Assembly (NCBI GenBank): GCA_964512525.1
Contig: CAZEIO010000056.1
Span: 1 to 10,762, forward strand
DNA from: an uncultured Halobacteriales archaeon
Lineage (GTDB): Archaea; Halobacteriota; Halobacteria; Halobacteriales; SW-7-71-33
DNA length: 10,762 nucleotides
Reading direction: 5' to 3'
This document shows, in pieces, positions 1 to 9,062 of this stretch. How positions within the stretch are numbered: the stretch's first letter is position 1; each line of letters begins with the position of its first letter. The notes under the pieces are model-generated. The model worked only from the letters and a program-made list of their open reading frames with translations, was not told where the DNA came from and did not search any database. The translations under genes and the position numbers were made by a program.

Positions 1-130
1 CGTGGTCGGCGTCGTCGAAGACGTACGACGTCGTCTGGTACAGCGGTGCCGCCCGTGCGTTCGTCGTCTCGTCCGGGTCCTGTCCCGCGTGCAGCGACCG
101 CGTCGCGAAGCCGTAACCGTCACGAGTCAT
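1..130 (-). CDS. Cys/Met-metabolism PLP-dependent enzyme, O-acetylhomoserine (thiol)-lyase/sulfhydrylase family; N-terminal 43 codons only, gene continues beyond window start
   Basis: Manual reverse-strand translation from the ATG at 130..128 gives [43 protein letters not shown]. The '[21 protein letters not shown]' block is the hallmark N-terminal motif of OAH sulfhydrylase, cystathionine gamma-synthase and Met gamma-lyase enzymes. It is absent from the ORF track only because it is shorter than 60 aa and truncated. Confidence 0.7.
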   Translation of the reverse strand, partial: MTRDGYGFATRSLHAGQDPDETTNARAAPLYQTTSYVFDDADH

Positions 131-155
131 GTACGACGTGCATAGAGAGACAAAC

Positions 156-162
156 TAATATA

Positions 163-163
<1 letters not shown>
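156..163 (-). promoter_or_regulatory. TATA box (TTATATTA on the - strand) centred ~29 nt upstream of the sulfhydrylase ATG; a leaderless transcript is likely
   Basis: Only strongly AT-rich patch in the first 1.4 kb (+ strand 'taatataa'). Its spacing to the ATG at 130 matches the archaeal TATA position of about -27. Confidence 0.55.
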
Positions 164-3779
<3,616 letters not shown>

Positions 3780-3795
3780 GCGGTCGGCTCGCCGG

Positions 3796-4674
3796 TCAGG
3801 TCAGCTCGGTCTCGCGGAAGCGCAGGTAGCCGACGACCAGCGGGACGACGGTCCACAGCGCCAGCCAGACGAAGCCGAACCAGTCCTGGAGGAAGACGGG
3901 GGCGTCCGACGGGGACGCCGCCGGTCCGACGTCGGCGTCGGTGACCGCCCGGAGCGCGGCGGTCAGCGCGTTGCGGTACGCGTCCGGCGGGGCGGCGGCC
4001 CGGATGCCCCGGACCCACTCCGGGAGTGGAGTGCCTAGATCGAAGAAGACAGCTTGGATGCCGAAGAAGATGACTCCCCAGAGTGCCTGGAACACCCCGA
4101 CGACGGCGACGACCAGGATCGTCGCCCAGCCCTGAGCGGGCGACACCGCCGAGATACCGATGCCGATGCTGACGTACGCGAGCGCGAACAGGAGCGTGAC
4201 CACGAGCAGGGTCGCGAGCGGCGCGAGCGTCACGCCGGAGCCGAAGCCGGCGATGACGACGGTCGCGGCGACGAACCCCGCGACGACGGCCAGTCCTGCC
4301 ACCGCCGACCGGCCGAGAAGTTTCCCGAGGACGACGTCGCGCCTGGAGTGGGGCAGTCCGAGCAGGAGCTTGATCTGGCCGGTCTCGCGCTCGCCGACGA
4401 TGGCCTTGTAGCCGAGCAACAGCCCGATGAGCGGCACCAGCAGGGAGAGCGGACCGAGACCGCCGGGGATGAGACCGCCGAGAATCGCCACCGCGGTCGC
4501 CGTCAGTTCCGCGGCCGAGTCGGGTTGCTGGCCCGGGCTGGCACTCGTGAAGAACTCGACGTAGAGGTACGTCACCCCGCCGATGACGAGGACGAACAGG
4601 AAGACGACGGCCACGAGCGTCCGCGAGCGACGGGTGTCGCCGAACTCCTTGCGGGCGACCGTGGGGACGCTCAC
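3796..4674 (-). CDS. ABC-2 family transporter permease (6 TM integral membrane subunit), 292 aa, GTG start
   Basis: Track ORF 3796..4674 (MSVPTVARKEFGDTRRSRTLVAVVFLFVLVIGG... is hydrophobic throughout). Typical ABC-2 N-terminus 'ARKEF...RRSR'. The GTG start overlaps the upstream ATPase's TGA stop as GTGA (4674-4671). Confidence 0.85.
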   Translation of the reverse strand: MSVPTVARKEFGDTRRSRTLVAVVFLFVLVIGGVTYLYVEFFTSASPGQQPDSAAELTATAVAILGGLIPGGLGPLSLLVPLIGLLLGYKAIVGERETGQIKLLLGLPHSRRDVVLGKLLGRSAVAGLAVVAGFVAATVVIAGFGSGVTLAPLATLLVVTLLFALAYVSIGIGISAVSPAQGWATILVVAVVGVFQALWGVIFFGIQAVFFDLGTPLPEWVRGIRAAAPPDAYRNALTAALRAVTDADVGPAASPSDAPVFLQDWFGFVWLALWTVVPLVVGYLRFRETELT

Positions 4675-5639
4675 TCGCCGTCACCTCCGCTCTGTCCGGC
4701 GGTCGGAGTCGCGTCGTCGGTCGCCGGCCGGTCCCCGGTCACCGTCGCGAACAGGTCCTCTAGCGAGGCGTCGGCGGTCTGGATGTCCGCGACCGTCACG
4801 CCGTCGCGCTCTATCGCCCGCAGGGCGGCCATCTTCGCGTCGTCCCGACAGGCGACCGTGAGCGTCTCGCCGTCGATCCGGACGGAGGAGACGCCGTCAA
4901 CGTCGCCGACGGTGGCCGCCAGTCGGTCGGCGTCACCGGGGGCAGCCGACAGCGACACCGTCATCGAGGCGTCGGTCTCGAGGCGGTCACGCAGTCCCTC
5001 GACGCTGTCCTCGGCGACGAGTTCGCCGTTCTGGAGGATGCCGACGTAGTCACAGACGGCCTCGACCTGTCCGAGGATGTGCGAGGAGAAGAAGACGGTC
5101 GTCCCGCGGTCGTTCTCCGCGCGGACGACCTCCCGCATCGCGCGGGCGCCGTTCGGGTCGAGACCGGTCGTCGGTTCGTCCAGTATCAGCAGGTCGGGGT
5201 CGCCGACGAGGGCCATCCCGAGGACGAGTCGCTGGGCCATCCCCTTCGAGTAGCCGCCGGCCCGCCGGTCGGCAGCGTCGGCGACGCCGACTCGCTCGAG
5301 GATGCCCTGGACGTCGGCGGTGACGCCCTTCGAATCCGCGACGAACTCGACGTGGCGTCGTCCCGTCAGTCGGTCGTACAGTCGGTAGCCGTCGGGGAGG
5401 ATGCCGACGCGACGCCGCACCGACTCTCCCTCGCGGCGGGCGTCCATCTCCAGCACCCGAGCCTCCCCCGCAGTCGGGCGGACGTAGTCGAGGAGGATGT
5501 CGATGGTCGTGGACTTGCCGGCACCGTTGGGACCGAGGAAGCCGTACACCGCCCCCTCCGGCACCGTGAGGTCGAGGTCCGACAGCGCCGTCACGTCCCC
5601 GTACTGCTTCGTGACACCACGCATCTCGATTGCGGCCAT
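4671..5639 (-). CDS. ABC transporter ATP-binding protein (ABC-2/CcmA-like exporter ATPase with C-terminal accessory domain), ~322 aa
   Basis: Walker A 'GPNGAGKST', signature 'YSKGMAQRL', Walker B 'LLILDEPTTGLD', H-loop 'SSHIL'. I place the start at the ATG at 5639 (MAAIEMRGV...). The track ORF extends 9 codons further to a TTG at 5666, which I consider less likely. Confidence 0.9.
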   Translation of the reverse strand: MAAIEMRGVTKQYGDVTALSDLDLTVPEGAVYGFLGPNGAGKSTTIDILLDYVRPTAGEARVLEMDARREGESVRRRVGILPDGYRLYDRLTGRRHVEFVADSKGVTADVQGILERVGVADAADRRAGGYSKGMAQRLVLGMALVGDPDLLILDEPTTGLDPNGARAMREVVRAENDRGTTVFFSSHILGQVEAVCDYVGILQNGELVAEDSVEGLRDRLETDASMTVSLSAAPGDADRLAATVGDVDGVSSVRIDGETLTVACRDDAKMAALRAIERDGVTVADIQTADASLEDLFATVTGDRPATDDATPTAGQSGGDGE

Positions 5640-5664
5640 CGTGCCCACCTTTCGCCGCCCCGAC

Positions 5665-5671
5665 AAGAATC
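5665..5671 (-). promoter_or_regulatory. Weak TATA-like element (minus-strand GATTCTT) ~29 nt upstream of the ABC ATPase ATG
   Basis: Locally AT-richer patch 'acaagaatcttctcgtgactgaaatc'. The identical heptamer recurs at the same spacing upstream of the next gene (6061-6067). Confidence 0.3.
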
Positions 5672-5732
5672 TTCTCGTGACTGAAATCCCGACTGCGGCG
5701 ACGAGAGCGCGGGGACGCCGGAGCCGACCCGC

Positions 5733-6035
5733 TCAGACCTCGTCGCCGGGGTCGTGTCGCGCCTGCACGCGCTCGACCTCGGTGCGGTAGCGTTCCTGTT
5801 CGCCCTCGGGCACGGAGTCGAGTTCGGACGCCGGTTCCTCGCGGGCGGTGGTCACCGACCGCGACTCGAGGTAGGCCGCCGAGAACTGCGTGCGGTAGCG
5901 GCGCTCGCCGTCGGGCGTGGCGTACACGAGCGTCACCATCCCGCCGTCGTCGTACTGGCGGTCAACCAGCCAGACGCGGACGCCCCCATCGTCGTCCGCC
6001 GAGTCGTCGCCAGCGTCGGGGTCGGAGTCGGGCAT
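5733..6035 (-). CDS. Small acidic hypothetical protein, 100 aa (conserved-looking globular core 'VRVWLVDRQYDDGGMVTLVYATPDGERRYRTQFSAAYLE')
   Basis: Within track ORF 5733..6095. I choose the internal ATG at 6035 (MPDSDPDAGDD...) because the 20 upstream codons are Arg/Pro-rich and non-acidic. Acidic composition and NNC/NNG codon usage are consistent with a real haloarchaeal gene. I recognise no family. Confidence 0.6.
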   Translation of the reverse strand: MPDSDPDAGDDSADDDGGVRVWLVDRQYDDGGMVTLVYATPDGERRYRTQFSAAYLESRSVTTAREEPASELDSVPEGEQERYRTEVERVQARHDPGDEV

Positions 6036-6050
6036 GCCGCCGGCTTCGGT

Positions 6051-6100
6051 CCGGGGTGGGAAGAATCCGGCGCGTCGCCAAGCCCGTGGCCCCACCCCGG
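6051..6100. repeat. 10-bp perfect inverted repeat CCGGGGTGGG ...30 nt... CCCACCCCGG bracketing the putative promoter of the small acidic protein gene
   Basis: 6051-6060 'ccggggtggg' and 6091-6100 'cccaccccgg' are exact reverse complements. Confidence 0.5.
6061..6067 (-). promoter_or_regulatory. Weak TATA-like element (minus-strand GATTCTT) ~28 nt upstream of the small acidic protein ATG
   Basis: Same heptamer and spacing as at 5665-5671. It lies in the loop of the 10-bp inverted repeat at 6051-6060 / 6091-6100. Confidence 0.3.
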
Positions 6101-6108
6101 GTCGGACC

Positions 6109-6137
6109 GGGGGGACGGGGGCCGCCGGGCGACGGGG
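6109..6137 (+). other. Canonical G-quadruplex-forming motif G6-AC-G5-CCGCC-G3-CGAC-G4 on the + strand in the divergent intergenic region
   Basis: Read directly from 6109-6137. Four G-runs of at least 3 with loops of 2, 5 and 4 nt. Further G-runs flank it (6053-6060, 6098-6101). Confidence 0.35.
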
Positions 6138-6185
6138 CGGCCGACCGGCGAAAGAGGTAGGACCGCCCGCTCACACGTCCGGCCG

Positions 6186-6463
6186 ATGCACGAGACGACC
6201 GAACTGGAGTTCGCACTCGAAGCGGAGGCCGAGCGGATCCGCGACGCGATAGAGGGGTCGCCGCCGGTCGTCGTGATCGCTGGCGGCACCGACGGGAGAC
6301 CGGGGGCGACCGCCACGCCACCGCCACCGCCGGGATGGACCGCCTGCGCGAACTGAACGGCGTCCTCGAGACGGCGAAGTACGTCGAGAACGGCAAGCAC
6401 TTCGAGGGACCGCCGGCGGACGTCGAACTGCCGGTCGAGGACGACGTGTCGGTGGCCCTGTAG
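6186..6463 (+). pseudogene. Candidate small gene upstream of uvrC, apparently split by a -1 frameshift inside an imperfect (CCACCG)3 repeat; alternatively two overlapping micro-ORFs (6186..6355, 56 aa; 6335..6463, 42 aa)
   Basis: Frame A from the ATG at 6186: MHETTELEFALEAEAERIRDAIEGSPPVVVIAGGTDGRPGATATPPPPPGWTACAN*. Frame B from the ATG at 6335: [42 protein letters not shown]. Frame B has ~93% GC3 and the N-terminal 37 codons of frame A ~86% GC3, both protein-like and acidic. The two are joined by 'gccacg ccaccg ccaccg', where restoring one C would fuse them through an ATATATAG linker (~94 aa). Confidence 0.3.
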
Positions 6464-6512
6464 TCGCCCGGAACCGCGGGGCACAAGCCGGTCGGGACCG
6501 TACCGACCGTCG

Positions 6513-8285
6513 ATGGACGCCGCGGCGGTTCGCGAGCGTGCCCGCGACCTGCCCCCGGAGCCGGGGGTGTACCAGTTCCGCACCGACGGGACCACGCTGT
6601 ACGTCGGGAAGGCCGTCTCCCTGCGCGAGCGAGTGCCCTCCTACGCCAATCCGCGCAGCGAACGCGTCCGGCAGATGGTCGCTCGCGCCGACGACATCGA
6701 GGTGACCGTCACCGACACCGAGACGCAGGCGCTGTTGCTCGAGGCCAACCTCATAAAGCGCCACGCGCCGCGGTACAACGTCCGCCTGAAGGACGACAAG
6801 TCCTACCCGCTGGTGCAGTTGACCAGCCACGAGGTACCCCGGATCGAGGTGACACGCGACCCGGACCCCGACGCCGAGGCGTTCGGACCGTACACGAGCG
6901 TCGGCCGCGTCGAGACGGTGGTGAAGGCGCTGCGGTCGGTGTACGGTCTCCGGGGCTGCTCGGAGCACAAGTACAGCGGCCGCGACCGCCCCTGTCTCGA
7001 CTACGAGGTCGGTCTCTGCACCGCGCCGTGTACGGGCGAGATAGACGCCGCCGACTACGCCGCAGACGTCGAGTCCGTGCGGCGCTTCCTCGGCGGCGAG
7101 ACCGGCGCACTCGCCGGGCCGCTCCGCGAGAGGATGGAGCGAGCCGCACAGGGTGAGAACTTCGAGCGAGCGGCGAACCTCCGCGACCAACTGGAGGCCG
7201 TCGAGGCGTTCCACGCGGGCGACGACGGCGTCGTTGACGCGCGGCGGGCGACCGCCGGCGAGGACGTCGAACCGGGCCGACGGGTGGACGTCCTCGGCGT
7301 CGCCGTTGACGGCGACGAGGCGACCGTCGCCCGCCTCCGCGCCGAGGACGGCCAGCTGGTGGACCGGGACCGCCACCGCCTGACCGGCGTCGAGGGCGAC
7401 GTCGGCGACGACCGGGTGGCCGCACTCGAGGCCTTCCTCCCGCAGTACTACGCGGAGCGAGACCTGCCCGACACCGTCCTCACTCCGGTCCCCGTCGCGG
7501 ACGACGACCTCCGGACGTGGCTGAAGGGCGAGGGGGTCGAACTCGCGGCCGCGGGGACGGGTCGGCGGGGACGGCTGGTTGACCTCGCGAACAAGAACGC
7601 CCGCCGGGGCCGCGACCCGGACGACGGCCTGCGCGCCCTCGCGGACGAACTCGGCCACGACGTCGAGCGCATCGAGGGGTTCGACGTGAGTCACGCGGGC
7701 GGCAGTGACGTCGTCGGCAGCGATGTCACCTTCGTCGGCGGCGACCCCGAGAAGGCCGACTACCGCCGCAAGAAGTTGCCGGAGGGCAACGACGACCCGG
7801 CGTCGATGCGGGCGCTGGTCGAGTGGCGCGCGGAACGAGCGGTCGAGAGCCGCGACGACCGCCCGGAACCCGACCTCCTCGTCGTGGACGGCGGTCAGGA
7901 GCAGCTACGGGCGGCGCGGGCGGCTCTCGACGCCGTCGGGTGGGACCGGCCACTCGTCGGCGTCGCGAAGGGCGAGGACCGCGACTCCGACCGGGTGCTC
8001 ACGCTCGACGGGCCGACGCGGTGGGACCGCGACGCGCCACAGACGACGCTCCTCCGGCGCGTGCGCGACGAGGCACATCGCTTCGCCGTCGAGTACCACC
8101 GCACGGTCCGCGACGACGTGTCCTCCGCCCTCGACGGCGTCGAGGGCGTGGGACCGGCCACTCGCCAGCGACTCCTGCGGCGATTCGGGAGCGTCAGGGG
8201 GGTGCGCGAGGCGTCCCGTGCGGAACTCACCGCCGTCGAGGGCGTGGGCGAGACGACCGCCGAGCGGATCGACCGCCGTCTCTGA
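6513..8285 (+). CDS. uvrC: Excinuclease ABC subunit C (UvrC), 590 aa
   Basis: Track ORF 6513..8285. N-terminal GIY-YIG nuclease ('[28 protein letters not shown]...[12 protein letters not shown]'), UVR domain ('[17 protein letters not shown]'), central RNase-H-like UvrC endonuclease domain, and C-terminal (HhH)2 ('[45 protein letters not shown]'). Confidence 0.95.
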   Translation: MDAAAVRERARDLPPEPGVYQFRTDGTTLYVGKAVSLRERVPSYANPRSERVRQMVARADDIEVTVTDTETQALLLEANLIKRHAPRYNVRLKDDKSYPLVQLTSHEVPRIEVTRDPDPDAEAFGPYTSVGRVETVVKALRSVYGLRGCSEHKYSGRDRPCLDYEVGLCTAPCTGEIDAADYAADVESVRRFLGGETGALAGPLRERMERAAQGENFERAANLRDQLEAVEAFHAGDDGVVDARRATAGEDVEPGRRVDVLGVAVDGDEATVARLRAEDGQLVDRDRHRLTGVEGDVGDDRVAALEAFLPQYYAERDLPDTVLTPVPVADDDLRTWLKGEGVELAAAGTGRRGRLVDLANKNARRGRDPDDGLRALADELGHDVERIEGFDVSHAGGSDVVGSDVTFVGGDPEKADYRRKKLPEGNDDPASMRALVEWRAERAVESRDDRPEPDLLVVDGGQEQLRAARAALDAVGWDRPLVGVAKGEDRDSDRVLTLDGPTRWDRDAPQTTLLRRVRDEAHRFAVEYHRTVRDDVSSALDGVEGVGPATRQRLLRRFGSVRGVREASRAELTAVEGVGETTAERIDRRL

Positions 8286-8352
8286 GGTCGCGTGCGGCCG
8301 GGACTGCCGGGCGAGCCGTCGAGTCGGGGTGGGTCGTGGGCGACCGCCACGT

Positions 8353-8359
8353 TCTAAGT
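8353..8359 (+). promoter_or_regulatory. TATA-like element TTCTAAG ~27 nt upstream of the RHH gene ATG
   Basis: 'ccacgttctaagtgccc' is the only AT-rich patch in the 97-bp uvrC-RHH spacer. ATG at 8383. Confidence 0.4.
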
Positions 8360-8382
8360 GCCCGTCGTACGAGGGGGCAGTC

Positions 8383-8982
8383 ATGACGAAGGAGACGGTC
8401 CGGTTCCCCGACGGACTGGTTGACCGGATTCGCGACGCCGTCGAGGACTCCGAACTGTTCGAGTCTCGGTCGGAGTTCCACCGCGTCTCCTCCGAACTCC
8501 TCCTGGACCTCCTCGACCCGGACCACGAGCCGACGAACTTCTCCTACCGCGAGTTGCGGACCGAAATCGAGGCCGAACTCGGCGTCGAACTGTCCGGCGC
8601 ACCGACGCTCGCGCCCGACGAAGACGCGACGAACGAGGACTTCCTCGCCGCCTACGTGGCCGTCCGCCGGCGAGCGATCGGCGGCGACCTCGAGGGGGCC
8701 CGCGCCGAGATAGACCGCCGGTACGAGTCGAGCGACCCCGAGGCACTGCTACTGGACGAGGTCGTCGGCCACCACCGCGAGGCGGGACGGGTCGTCAGGA
8801 CGGACCCCGACGACGCCGACACCGGCGCCGGGCCGGAGACGGAATCCGGGAACGACGACGGCGAGCGGCCGCCGGCGACGGCAGACGGCGGCGAACCGGG
8901 CGGGTCGCCGGAGCGAGAGCGTGACCACGACCACGACCACGACCGCGCGGGCGGCGCAGAACCACGCGAACACGACGAGTGA
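8383..8982 (+). CDS. Ribbon-helix-helix (CopG/NikR-like) DNA-binding protein with long acidic, His/Asp-rich C-terminal region, 199 aa
   Basis: Internal ATG of track ORF 7705..8982. MTKETVRFPDGLVDRIRDAVEDSELFESRSEFHRVSSELLLDLL fits the RHH pattern (beta-strand 'ETVRFPDGLV', then 'RSEFHR' helix as in 'RSEaiR' of CopG/NikR). C-terminus '...ERERDHDHDHDRAGGAEPREHDE' is encoded in part by a (GACCAC)3 hexamer repeat. Strong NNC/NNG codon bias. Confidence 0.75.
   Translation: MTKETVRFPDGLVDRIRDAVEDSELFESRSEFHRVSSELLLDLLDPDHEPTNFSYRELRTEIEAELGVELSGAPTLAPDEDATNEDFLAAYVAVRRRAIGGDLEGARAEIDRRYESSDPEALLLDEVVGHHREAGRVVRTDPDDADTGAGPETESGNDDGERPPATADGGEPGGSPERERDHDHDHDRAGGAEPREHDE
8923..8943 (+). repeat. Hexanucleotide microsatellite (GACCAC)3-GAC encoding (DH)3D within the RHH gene
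   Basis: Read directly: gaccac gaccac gaccac gac. Confidence 0.8.
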
Positions 8983-9033
8983 ACCGCGGGCGCGCGGCCG
9001 AGCGGCGGGCGGATAGCGGTGTACGCGGAACTG

Positions 9034-9038
9034 TTAAA
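9034..9038 (+). promoter_or_regulatory. TATA-like element (cTGTTAAAC) ~27 nt upstream of the SPFH gene ATG
   Basis: 'ggaactgttaaacgcg' at 9028-9043, with the ATG at 9063. Confidence 0.4.
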
Positions 9039-9062
9039 CGCGTGGCACGGTGAGTTCGTGGC

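Noticed and set aside
5640-5666. Alternative TTG start at 5666 for the ABC ATPase (MSGRRKVGT-MAAIEMRG...)
   Set aside because: The 9 extra residues are basic and unlike ABC ATPase N-termini, which begin close to the 'IEMRGVTKQYG' beta-strand. The ATG at 5639 gives a canonical N-terminus, and a TATA-like element sits about -29 from it.
5933-7694. Minus-strand ORFs 5933..6595 (220 aa), 5962..6486 (174 aa), 6171..7694 (507 aa), 6751..7425 (224 aa) and + ORFs 5754..6356 and 5917..6252
   Set aside because: They are antisense or off-frame to uvrC or span the G-rich intergenic region. Composition is dominated by R/G/P/A. Only the C-terminal portion of frame 5754..6356, downstream of the ATG at 6186, is considered, as part of the candidate micro-gene.
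7705-8382. N-terminal 226 codons of + ORF 7705..8982 preceding the RHH protein's ATG at 8383
   Set aside because: This segment is off-frame within uvrC (Ser/Arg/Thr-rich junk) and then crosses the uvrC-RHH spacer including the TATA-like element. The acidic RHH-fold sequence begins only at MTKETVRF.
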